DNA of 64,000 bases from Patescibacteria group bacterium (GTDB lineage: Bacteria; Patescibacteriota; JAHJAL01): positions 11,752 to 75,751 of the forward strand of contig DAIRGB010000001.1 in NCBI GenBank assembly GCA_036794765.1, read 5' to 3'. Shown here in pieces: positions 1 through 8,364 of this stretch (position 1 is the first letter of the stretch; each line of letters begins with the position of its first letter). The position numbers and the translations under genes were made by a program. The notes beneath the pieces are model-generated. The model had not been told where the DNA came from and searched no databases. It was given only the letters and a program-made list of their open reading frames with translations.

Positions 1-15
1 TGCAACCTGGCGGCA

Positions 16-978
16 ATGCACAATATCAATGTTTTGGATTACCCACGGGTTTCGGTGCCTAATCTGGAATTTGTGTCGGAGGTTTTGGATTGTTTTAATA
101 TTATTTATGATCGGATTGCAGATAAAATATCGACCGAAGATGGTTTAAAGCAGATACGTGAAAACTGGCTCGAGAAAGAATTGATCGATAATATTGAGAT
201 AAAGGGTCATAGTGAGTTTTTTAATATAAATAAAGAGGTGGCGCAGGGATTGGTAAAATCAGAATTATCTATCGATGACAATTTTCGACATCTTACGGTC
301 GTAAAAAAAGAGTTGGAACAGTTGAGGCAGCGTCAGTACCAGAAAATTGATCAGATTACTGCCTTGCAGTGGAAAAAAAGTTATTTGAATTATCTGACAA
401 ACAGCTGCTCGATATTGAAGATTGTAGCCAAGAAAGATTTGATTGAAAAGCAAAGAATGGAGGCAGAGAAATTTTTACCTGAATTAGAAAAAATTGAACA
501 ACTAGCTGAATCAGATTTGAATAAATTGGTTAAAGTTGAGAATAAAGGAAGTTTTTATTTTGTTGATAGTTTTCGGGAAATTGAAGAAAGTAAACGACGA
601 TTTGATGAACTTTTTGGTCAAGTTGAGGAAATCAGAAAAGGGATTGAGGAAGCGAAAAGTTGGCCATTTTATAAAAAAATATTTGAAAGAACACAGATAC
701 GACAGTTACGAGATCAGGAAAATATACTATTGGCCCAACTTGGAGTGGAAAAAATAGGTATCGAGAATGTGATGTATCTTGATCAGTTGATTAGAGAAAA
801 GTACGTTGATCTGGTTGAGATAATTGAAACAGCTGGTGGAGAAAAATATTTATTGAAGGAATATGCTTTGGGTGAATTGTTGAATGTGGTGCGGATTGAT
901 CTGAAAGCTAAATTGAGAGCTGATTTGACTGAAAATGAAAAAAAGAGGTATTTCGAATTTAAGTATTTATCTGAATAA
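16..978 (+). CDS. Hypothetical coiled-coil protein. Rich in E/K/L/Q heptad-like segments. May begin upstream of the window, because there is no in-frame stop before position 16.
   Basis: 320-aa ORF in the six-frame track. Charged helical composition. No motif I recognise. Confidence 0.45.
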   Translation: MHNINVLDYPRVSVPNLEFVSEVLDCFNIIYDRIADKISTEDGLKQIRENWLEKELIDNIEIKGHSEFFNINKEVAQGLVKSELSIDDNFRHLTVVKKELEQLRQRQYQKIDQITALQWKKSYLNYLTNSCSILKIVAKKDLIEKQRMEAEKFLPELEKIEQLAESDLNKLVKVENKGSFYFVDSFREIEESKRRFDELFGQVEEIRKGIEEAKSWPFYKKIFERTQIRQLRDQENILLAQLGVEKIGIENVMYLDQLIREKYVDLVEIIETAGGEKYLLKEYALGELLNVVRIDLKAKLRADLTENEKKRYFEFKYLSE

Positions 979-1164
979 AAAATATTGTGGTCTTTCAGGG
1001 GTGTGTTATAGTAGGGTTAAATTTGATTTAGATTTAAAGTAATGAGAATTAAAGCTTACATTTTACACATGAATTATCGCGGTTGCGTAAAACCGCATTT
1101 TGTCGTGGGCTTTTTCTCTAATAATTATCAGAATATTTCATAGGATACAAATAATTTTTAAAGA

Positions 1165-1197
1165 TAGAGCCCAGAGATTTACTTCTGGGCTTTTTTA
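1165..1197 (+). terminator. Rho-independent terminator-like hairpin followed by a T-run. It lies about 60 nt upstream of the ABC-F start, so it may be an attenuator.
   Basis: Stem GCCCAGA at 1169-1175 pairs with TCTGGGC at 1184-1190, with an 8-nt loop between them. TTTTTT follows at 1191-1196. Confidence 0.5.
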
Positions 1198-1259
1198 TGT
1201 AAGAGTTTGCTATATTCTACTAGGCTTTTCTATTTTTTAAACGAAAAAATGGAGTTGTT

Positions 1260-2732
1260 ATGTTACTTGTAAAAAATTTGACAAAATACATTAATCACCA
1301 ATTGCTTTGGGAAAATCTGAGTTTTACTCTGCACAAAAAAGACAAAGTGGGATTGATTGGTGCGAATGGGTGTGGAAAATCGACGTTGTTGAAAATAATT
1401 GTGGGATTGGAGAATTGTGATGAGGGTTCGGTTTTGGCGAAGGGGGAGAGAATTGGGTATTTGTCTCAGGAATTTTCAGAAAAGAAAGAAACGACGATAA
1501 GTGAATATTTGAATCTAGAAAATGATTATCGCGGTTATAAAGCTTTGTCGAAGGTAGGATTGGATGAAATTGATATGTACATGCCCGTTGGAAATCTGAG
1601 CGGTGGTCAGAAGACGCGATTGGTGTTGGCCAAGGTATTGATTGATCAACCGACTTTATTGTTGATGGATGAGCCAACCAATCATCTGGATGAGAGTGGA
1701 ATAAAGTGGTTGGAAAAATTTACACGGGATTTTCCCGGTATAGTATTGGTAGTGACTCATGATCGACAGTTTTTACAAGAGGCGGTAAATAAGATTGTAG
1801 AAATCGACAAAGCCAACAATCGAATAAACGAATATGTGGGAAACTATGAAGATTATTTGCGGGAGAGAGAGATAATGATGAAAAATTGGCAGGTCAGTTA
1901 TGAAAATCAAGAGAAGGAAAGAAAAAGATTGGAAAATTGGCTAGCTTTAAAAAGACAGGAAGCAAGTGTTTTTAAAGATCCGGCCAAAGGAAGACAGGTT
2001 AGACAGATGGAAAAAAGGATTGATAGAGAGATTTATCAGAACAAGATAGCTAAACCATTGGATTTGAAAACGGTGGCGGGGTTGTCTTTTAAAGGTAATA
2101 TATGGCGCGATAAATTGGTTTTAAGGTTAGAGGATTTGACAAAAAAATTTCGGGACAAAATAATTTTGAATGGAATAAACCTTGAAGTGCGAGGGCAAGA
2201 TAGAATATTGATTGGTGGTGACAATGGATCGGGAAAAACGACTTTGCTGAAAATTATCGTTAATGATTTGGCGCCGGATGATGGTTTGGTAAAGATTGGT
2301 GAGAATTTGCGATATTCATATTTTTCACAGGAGCTGAAAAATCTTGATGGTGAGCGAACGTTGTTGGACGAATTGTTGGTTTCCAGAACAGAAGATTATA
2401 TTGGTATTAGTCAGGCCAGATCGATATTGGGTTGTTTCCTGTTTTCCAAGGATGATATTTACAAAAAAGTTGAAGTATTGAGTTTTGGTGAGAAGGTTAG
2501 ATTGATTTTTGCCAAGATGATAAATCTAGAAAATCATTTATTGATATTGGATGAGCCGACTAATCATTTGGATATTCCGACCAGGGAAATTATCGAAAAA
2601 GCGTTAAATGATTATGAGGGTTCGTTGATTGTTGTCTCGCATGATCGTTATTTTGTGAAACAGATTGGATTGAATAAAAAGTATTTGTTGGAGGATGGTA
2701 AACTAAATTTAATACAGGAGCGAATCAGATGA
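1260..2732 (+). CDS. ABC-F family protein. It has two ABC ATPase domains and no transmembrane domain. The class resembles the EttA/Uup/antibiotic-resistance ABC-F proteins.
   Basis: Walker A motifs GANGCGKST and GDNGSGKTT. ABC signatures LSGGQKTRL and LSFGEKVRL. Walker B motifs LLLMDEPTNHLD and LILDEPTNHLD. An interdomain linker of about 80 aa rich in charged residues. GGAG ribosome-binding site 8 nt upstream. The stop overlaps the next start as ATGA. Confidence 0.85.
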   Translation: MLLVKNLTKYINHQLLWENLSFTLHKKDKVGLIGANGCGKSTLLKIIVGLENCDEGSVLAKGERIGYLSQEFSEKKETTISEYLNLENDYRGYKALSKVGLDEIDMYMPVGNLSGGQKTRLVLAKVLIDQPTLLLMDEPTNHLDESGIKWLEKFTRDFPGIVLVVTHDRQFLQEAVNKIVEIDKANNRINEYVGNYEDYLREREIMMKNWQVSYENQEKERKRLENWLALKRQEASVFKDPAKGRQVRQMEKRIDREIYQNKIAKPLDLKTVAGLSFKGNIWRDKLVLRLEDLTKKFRDKIILNGINLEVRGQDRILIGGDNGSGKTTLLKIIVNDLAPDDGLVKIGENLRYSYFSQELKNLDGERTLLDELLVSRTEDYIGISQARSILGCFLFSKDDIYKKVEVLSFGEKVRLIFAKMINLENHLLILDEPTNHLDIPTREIIEKALNDYEGSLIVVSHDRYFVKQIGLNKKYLLEDGKLNLIQERIR

Positions 2733-3715
2733 AAAATGTAATTGAAGTAACTAATTTGTGTAAATATTTTTCTATAAAACAAAAAGAGTTTGGGTTTTTG
2801 GGTGGGATAAAGTCGTTGTTTAGACCGAAATATAAAATGGTCGAAGCGGTAAACAATATTTCATTTGAGGTAAGAGAAGGTGAATTGTTGTCATTTATCG
2901 GTCCAAATGGGGCAGGGAAGTCAACAACAATAAAAATGCTGACAGGTATATTGTTTTCGACTGGTGGACGGATCGAGGTTTTAAATGTTGATCCGCAAAA
3001 ACAAAGACAAAAATTGGCTTTTAAAATCGGGTCGGTGTTTGGACAGAAGTCGCAGCTTTGGTATCATCTGCCACCGTTGGATACTTATAATTTGTATGCC
3101 AAAATATACGAATTGGATCAAAAGAAATATAAAGCAAGATTAGATTTTTTGGTGGAACAGTTTGAGATTGCTGATTTACTCAAAATACCGGTTAGAAAAC
3201 TGTCTTTGGGACAAAGGATGAGGTGCGAAATTGCTGCTTCGCTTTTGCATCAGCCTCGAATATTATTTTTGGATGAACCAACAATCGGTTTGGACGTGAT
3301 TGCTAAACAAAAAATTCGGGAAGTTATAAAGTTTTTGAATGAGAAAGAAAAAGTGACGATTTTTTTAACATCGCATGATGTCGGTGATATTGAGTCTTTA
3401 GCCAAAAGAACAATTATTGTCAATCACGGTCGAATTGTTTTTGATGACGAGACAAGAAGATTGAAGGAAAGATATGTAACGAAGAAGATTGTCGAATTGA
3501 TATTTGAGCAAAAAGCCAAAAAATTTGAATATCCTGCTGGGAAAGTAATTGAGAGAAAGGAAAATCGAGTTAAAGTGGAAATTGATTTGCAGGAGAAGGC
3601 GATTGATAAATTGCTGGGTTTTGCGGTTAAAAATTACGATATTATCGATATGAATGTTTATGATCGACCGATGGAGGAAATAATCGCGGATATCTATCGG
3701 CAGGAGGATTTATGA
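2729..3715 (+). CDS. ABC transporter ATP-binding protein of the ABC-2 exporter type. It resembles the COG4586-type ATPase with a C-terminal extension.
   Basis: Walker A GPNGAGKSTT. Signature LSLGQRMRCE. Walker B LFLDEPTIGLD. H-loop TSHD. ATGA overlaps with both neighbouring genes. Confidence 0.85.
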   Translation: MKNVIEVTNLCKYFSIKQKEFGFLGGIKSLFRPKYKMVEAVNNISFEVREGELLSFIGPNGAGKSTTIKMLTGILFSTGGRIEVLNVDPQKQRQKLAFKIGSVFGQKSQLWYHLPPLDTYNLYAKIYELDQKKYKARLDFLVEQFEIADLLKIPVRKLSLGQRMRCEIAASLLHQPRILFLDEPTIGLDVIAKQKIREVIKFLNEKEKVTIFLTSHDVGDIESLAKRTIIVNHGRIVFDDETRRLKERYVTKKIVELIFEQKAKKFEYPAGKVIERKENRVKVEIDLQEKAIDKLLGFAVKNYDIIDMNVYDRPMEEIIADIYRQEDL

Positions 3716-4542
3716 GAACCCGGGAGATGATAATAAATATCAATTGGAAGTTGACTAAATATTTTGAGATAGCTCGTTTGGCTTATGTTAATTCCGGGGC
3801 GTATTTGGCCAATATTTTGGGTAAAAGCCTGACAGTGGTTTTACGAATTTGGATTTTTACACAATTGTATCGAGTAACTTTTGCGGTTGCAGCTGTTGAT
3901 GTGGTGGGAGGTTTGACAGTAGCACAGGTGATTTGGAGTTTGATGTTGGTTCAAAGTTTTGAGACCTCAACCAAACCAATGATTTCCAAATTGATTGATG
4001 AAGAAATAAAATCTGGTTCTTTTGCTTATCAAGTTAATAAACCATATTCGTATATTTTTTATCATTTGGCCGGTTATTTCGGGAGGGTGGCGGCTAATGT
4101 TGGTTCAAATTTATTGATTGGATCGGTGGCGGCTTGGTTTTTAGTGGGAGCTATTGGTTCGAGTTGGTTGGGATTGTTTTTTGGTTTGTTGATTTTAGTA
4201 TTGGGATACGCTTTGGATTTTTTAATTTCATTGAGTATTGGTTTAGTTGCTTTTTGGTGGGAAGATTCAAATACAATTATGTGGATGTATTCTAAAGGCC
4301 GATTTTTATTGGGTGGTGTGATTTTGCCGATTGCTTTGTTTCCGGAGAAGATTCAGAAAATTGCTGAGTTGTTGCCTTTTGCCAATTTGTATTATGCGCC
4401 GGCGAGAATAATGGTAAATTTTGAGTGGAATTTGGTGGAAAAATTTGTGTTAGTTCAATTGGCGTGGATTATTTTTTTTATTATGATTGTTTCAATAATG
4501 TATAGTCGGGGAGTAAAAAATGTGGCAATTAATGGTGGTTAA
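3712..4542 (+). CDS. ABC-2 family transporter permease, designated subtype A.
   Basis: 276-aa protein with about 6 hydrophobic helices. Translationally coupled to the upstream ATPase. Confidence 0.65.
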   Translation: MRTREMIININWKLTKYFEIARLAYVNSGAYLANILGKSLTVVLRIWIFTQLYRVTFAVAAVDVVGGLTVAQVIWSLMLVQSFETSTKPMISKLIDEEIKSGSFAYQVNKPYSYIFYHLAGYFGRVAANVGSNLLIGSVAAWFLVGAIGSSWLGLFFGLLILVLGYALDFLISLSIGLVAFWWEDSNTIMWMYSKGRFLLGGVILPIALFPEKIQKIAELLPFANLYYAPARIMVNFEWNLVEKFVLVQLAWIIFFIMIVSIMYSRGVKNVAINGG

Positions 4543-5323
4543 AAAATATTTCGGTTTGATCTGGGAGGTGGTGAAAACCAATTTGATGACGGCGATGGAA
4601 TATCGGATGAGTTTTATCTTGCAGGTAATTGGTATGATGGCCAATGATTTGTTGATGATTGTTTTGTGGGTGATATTTTTTCAGCGGTTTGGCGAAATCA
4701 ATGGTTGGACTTTCCAAGACACGGTAATGTTGTGGTCGATTACGACGGTAAATTTTGCGATTGTTATGGTGATGTGTCGTGGGGTTTTTGAATTGGCAAA
4801 AACAATTACTCGTGGGGATTTGGATTATTATTTGTCATTTCCGGTGGATACTTTGTGGTATGTAGCGGTGAGCCAAATGTCGGTGCCGGCGGTAGGGGAT
4901 TTGTTTTTTGGGATTGTGTTGTATTTGTTGTATGGCGATTTGAGTCTTTCGGGTATTGCTTTGTATATTTTTTTGTGTGGGGTGACGGCTTGGATATTTT
5001 TTAATTTTGTTGTTTTGACACAATCAATTGCTTTTTTTGTGGGTAATTTTGAAGAAGCGGCGGAACAATGGTATCACTCGTTGCTGGGTTTTACTTTATA
5101 CCCACAATCGGTGTTTCATGGTGTTTTGAAAATGTTGATGTTTACTTTGGTACCGGCGTTTTTTATTGCAACTTTACCGGTGGATCTTATCAATCAGTTT
5201 TCTTGGGAAAAAATATTCTGGTTATTTGGTTTTGGTTTGATTACTTTTTTGATAGCAGTTGGATTATTTAGACGGGGATTGAAAAGATACGAGTCGGGAA
5301 ATTTGATTAGTTTCAAGATGTAA
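4520..5323 (+). CDS. ABC-2 family transporter permease, designated subtype B. It has an N-terminal KYFxxxW amphipathic segment and a C-terminal GLKRYESG motif.
   Basis: 267-aa protein with about 6 transmembrane segments. Overlaps the upstream gene by 23 nt. The same family recurs five times downstream. Confidence 0.65.
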   Translation: MWQLMVVKKYFGLIWEVVKTNLMTAMEYRMSFILQVIGMMANDLLMIVLWVIFFQRFGEINGWTFQDTVMLWSITTVNFAIVMVMCRGVFELAKTITRGDLDYYLSFPVDTLWYVAVSQMSVPAVGDLFFGIVLYLLYGDLSLSGIALYIFLCGVTAWIFFNFVVLTQSIAFFVGNFEEAAEQWYHSLLGFTLYPQSVFHGVLKMLMFTLVPAFFIATLPVDLINQFSWEKIFWLFGFGLITFLIAVGLFRRGLKRYESGNLISFKM

Positions 5324-5384
5324 TTTTTAGATTAAAAAATGATAGAATATAGTTAATTACTGATTGAATTGGTATTGATTTGAG

Positions 5385-5503
5385 TGAAATATTTTTATGT
5401 ATTATTTTTTCTTTTTTTAAGACTCGGGCAATACCTCTAATGAAAAGATTATTTATCTTAAACAAGTTAAAAAAAGAAAAAATAATACATAAAAATATTT
5501 CAC
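5385..5503. repeat. Copy 1 of a long palindromic element. It has perfect 37-nt inverted-repeat arms and a core of about 45 nt. It may be a structured ncRNA, a bidirectional terminator or a MITE-like element.
   Basis: The left arm GTGAAATATTTTTATGTATTATTTTTTCTTTTTTTAA is the exact reverse complement of the right arm ending at 5503. The core contains GACTC, CTAATGA and AACAAG, which are shared with copy 2 at 36824-36940. Confidence 0.55.
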
Positions 5504-5550
5504 CCAAGTTATTCTTTTGATAAAGTTTTTTATAAAAATAAATAAAAATT

Positions 5551-6528
5551 ATGTCGATTATAAAGGTTGAAAACTTGACCAAGGTTTTTGAATTGAATAA
5601 AAAGAAGGAAGGATTTTGGAATTCGGTTAAGGGACTTTTCAAGAGTGAAAAAACTTTGGTGAAGGCAGTAGACAAAGTGTCGTTTGAAATTGAGAAAGGA
5701 GAGTTGGTTGGTTTTTTGGGGCCAAATGGGGCAGGGAAGACCACAACTTTGAAAATGTTGGCGGGAATATTGTATCCGACTAGTGGTAGTGCCAAGATTT
5801 TAGGATATTATCCCTGGGATCATCAAAATGAGTTTAAGTCGCAGATTGCGATGGTGATGGGACAGAAGTCACAATTGTGGTGGGATTTGCCGGCGATGGA
5901 AACTTATTTACTCAATCAAGATATTTATGAAATTCCAGAAAAGACTTTTCGTAAAAATTTGAATTATCTGGCGGATATTTTGGATGTGGGGGAGTTTTTG
6001 GAGGTGCCAGTGCGGAAGTTGTCTTTGGGACAACGTATGAAATGTGAGTTGATTGCGGCTTTACTGCATGATCCGAAAGTGATATTTTTGGATGAGCCGA
6101 CGATCGGATTGGATGTGACTAGTCAAAAAGCGGTGCGAAGTTTTATCAAAGACTACAATCAAAAAAAGAAAGCGACGATTATTTTGACTAGTCACTACAT
6201 GGAAGATATTAAAGAATTGTGCAAGCGGGTGATTATTATCAATCAGGGACAGAAAATATATGATGATACTTATGCCGGATTGGTAAAAAAATATGCTCAA
6301 GAAAAACAGATTGAAATATTTTTTGAAAAACCGGTTTATAAAAGAGATTTTGTGGGATTGGGAAAATTGTTGGAGTTTTCCAACCAAAAAGTTTTATTAT
6401 CGGTTTCAAGAGACAAGGTGTCGGATGTGTTGGGTAAATTGGTCAAGAAATTTGCTATTGATGATATTGATGTTAAAGAGAAGCAAGCGGCGGATATTAT
6501 TGCCGAGATGTTTGCGGAGAATAAATAA
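5551..6528 (+). CDS. ABC transporter ATP-binding protein of the ABC-2 exporter type. It is a paralog of the gene at 2729-3715.
   Basis: Walker A GPNGAGKTTT. Signature LSLGQRMKCE. Walker B IFLDEPTIGLD. H-loop TSHY. Same length class as its paralog (325 aa). Confidence 0.85.
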   Translation: MSIIKVENLTKVFELNKKKEGFWNSVKGLFKSEKTLVKAVDKVSFEIEKGELVGFLGPNGAGKTTTLKMLAGILYPTSGSAKILGYYPWDHQNEFKSQIAMVMGQKSQLWWDLPAMETYLLNQDIYEIPEKTFRKNLNYLADILDVGEFLEVPVRKLSLGQRMKCELIAALLHDPKVIFLDEPTIGLDVTSQKAVRSFIKDYNQKKKATIILTSHYMEDIKELCKRVIIINQGQKIYDDTYAGLVKKYAQEKQIEIFFEKPVYKRDFVGLGKLLEFSNQKVLLSVSRDKVSDVLGKLVKKFAIDDIDVKEKQAADIIAEMFAENK

Positions 6529-6529
6529 T

Positions 6530-6608
6530 ACATTTAAAACTCTTTAAAACTAAAATAGTAACAGTTTGTCAGGGTTTGTAAGTGTTTATAAGAGTTTTTA
6601 AGGGTTTT
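6530..6608. repeat. Phased A-tract repeat spacer made of roughly 10-bp units such as TTTAAAACTC and TTATAAGAGT, present in both orientations.
   Basis: TTTAAAACTCTTTAAAACTA is followed by an inverted GTTTATAAGAGTTTTTAAGGGTTTT. The same word family occurs at 8276-8355, 9163-9252, 10070-10160 and 32620-32742. Confidence 0.5.
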
Positions 6609-7403
6609 ATGCAAAGGTATTTCAAAATATTATGGCGGATTGCGCGGATGTCGTTGGCGACTAGTTTGATGTATAAAACTGATTGGATATTGGGGGTATT
6701 TACAACATTTTCATATTCAGGTTTGCAGATATTTTTTATTGCAATGCTTTTTAGTTCAGGGGGATTGACGAGAATTGTTGGTTTTAGTGTTTGGCAGATG
6801 GTTTTAGTTTTTATGTTTGGGCAGATAATATATTTTTTTGCATTTACTTTTATATTTGAAAATGTTGGTTTGTTTCGTTATAAGGTAATGCAAGGAGAAT
6901 TGGACCATTTTTTACTGAGGCCAATTTCGCCGGTGTTCTTGTTGTCATTTCAAAAATTTGGTTTGGTTGAGGCTTCGGCAATAATTACATATACTTTGGC
7001 GACGTTGATATATTTGTTTATTAGAACGGATGTGTTATTTTCTGAAACGCAATGGTTGACGATTGGTGTGATATTTATTGGTTCTTTGGTTTTGATGTCT
7101 TGTATTTATTGGATCGCCGGGTTGATATTTTTTTATTGGCCAAATTTTTTGGCAATATGGTGGATGTTAAATAATATTAGTGATGTGGCCAAATATCCTC
7201 GTAGGATTTATCCCTCAGCGATGCAATGGTTTTTAATATTTTTTATTCCATTATTTTGTATGGTAAATCCGCTTTATGATGTTATGGATGGATCATTTGA
7301 TTTTTGGCGCGGTTTGGATATTTTTTTAGTAATAACGATGTTTGTTTTAATATATTTAATGATGTGGAAAGATGGTTTGAGACGTTATTCTTCGGCGGCT
7401 TAA
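6609..7403 (+). CDS. ABC-2 family permease of subtype B. The ORF track starts at 6582. The start proposed here is the Met of MQRYFKILWRIARMS, which matches the paralog N-termini.
   Basis: Conserved N-terminus KILWRIARMS...Y and C-terminus GLRRYSSAA. Six hydrophobic helices. Confidence 0.65.
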   Translation: MQRYFKILWRIARMSLATSLMYKTDWILGVFTTFSYSGLQIFFIAMLFSSGGLTRIVGFSVWQMVLVFMFGQIIYFFAFTFIFENVGLFRYKVMQGELDHFLLRPISPVFLLSFQKFGLVEASAIITYTLATLIYLFIRTDVLFSETQWLTIGVIFIGSLVLMSCIYWIAGLIFFYWPNFLAIWWMLNNISDVAKYPRRIYPSAMQWFLIFFIPLFCMVNPLYDVMDGSFDFWRGLDIFLVITMFVLIYLMMWKDGLRRYSSAA

Positions 7404-7482
7404 ATAGTCAATTAACAATGAATAATTAACAATTAAAAATTGATTGTAAAAAGTAATATTTTCCAAATAATTTTTTTAAAAA

Positions 7483-8274
7483 ATGAAAAAATATAAAAGA
7501 CTGTTTAGTAATTTTATTCAGATGAATCTGGCTTATCGCGAGAATTTTTTTGCTGAGTTGGTGATGCGGTCACTGGGGTTTTTTATTATGATTTTTTTGT
7601 GGAAAGCGGTGTATGCACAGAGGACATCGATTCAGGGATTTAGTTTCAATGAATTGCTAACATATTTTTTGATTGTGGAAGTTTTTCGACATTTGTTGGA
7701 AGCGAAAACTTTTTTGGAGATTAAAGAGGGGGTGCAAAAGGGGACGATTGCCAATTACTTATTATTACCGATTGATTCGATTAAAATATATTTTTCCCGG
7801 ACATTGGCGAGGAGTATTTTGTCGTTTGTCTTTTTTATTGTGCCGGTTTTATTTTTGATATATGGGACGAAAATTTTTGTGTTGCCACCGAGTATTTGGT
7901 ATTCGTTGATGACAATCGGGATGGGAATTATTGCGATGTTTATGAGTTTGTTGTTGTACACGATATTTGGCAGTATAGCTTTTTGGACGGTGGAAACGGG
8001 AAATATTATTTGGGCGTTCAATTTTATTGTGATGTTTTTGGCGGGAAAGATGATCCCTTTACAGTTTATGCCTGGTTTAATTAAAACCTTAGTTGGATAT
8101 TCGCCATTGGCGTCATTGTTCAATTTGCCGGCGACTTTGTATTTGGGAAAATTATCTTATACAGAAGCTTTGATCCAATTTGGGGTGCAGATTGGTTGGC
8201 TTTTGATTCTTTATTTGTTACTCAGATGTATTTGGCGAAAAGGGCTTAGGAGAATGGAGTTGGTGGGAGGGTGA
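7483..8274 (+). CDS. ABC-2 family permease of subtype A. Its N-terminus NLAYRENFFAELVM resembles that of the permease at 3712-4542.
   Basis: 263 aa, polytopic. C-terminus GLRRMELVGG. Confidence 0.6.
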   Translation: MKKYKRLFSNFIQMNLAYRENFFAELVMRSLGFFIMIFLWKAVYAQRTSIQGFSFNELLTYFLIVEVFRHLLEAKTFLEIKEGVQKGTIANYLLLPIDSIKIYFSRTLARSILSFVFFIVPVLFLIYGTKIFVLPPSIWYSLMTIGMGIIAMFMSLLLYTIFGSIAFWTVETGNIIWAFNFIVMFLAGKMIPLQFMPGLIKTLVGYSPLASLFNLPATLYLGKLSYTEALIQFGVQIGWLLILYLLLRCIWRKGLRRMELVGG

Positions 8275-8275
8275 A

Positions 8276-8355
8276 AAACTTATCAAACTTATCAAACATA
8301 GCAAACAAAAACCCTTATAAACTCTTTAAAACACTTTTAAACTCTTAGAAACTAT
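8276..8355. repeat. Phased roughly 10-bp A-tract repeat spacer.
   Basis: ATCAAAC, AGCAAAC, CTTATAAACT, CTTTAAAACA, CTTTTAAACT and CTTAGAAACT follow one another at about 10-bp spacing. Confidence 0.5.
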
Positions 8356-8364
8356 CATTATGAT

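Noticed and set aside
1324-1677. 117-aa minus-strand ORF inside the ABC-F gene
   Set aside because: It is antisense to a gene with unambiguous Walker and signature motifs. There is no independent support.
5313-5795. 160-aa minus-strand ORF spanning the palindromic element and the ATPase start
   Set aside because: It overlaps the start of the well-supported ABC ATPase gene and runs through the inverted repeat. It is an AT-rich artefact.
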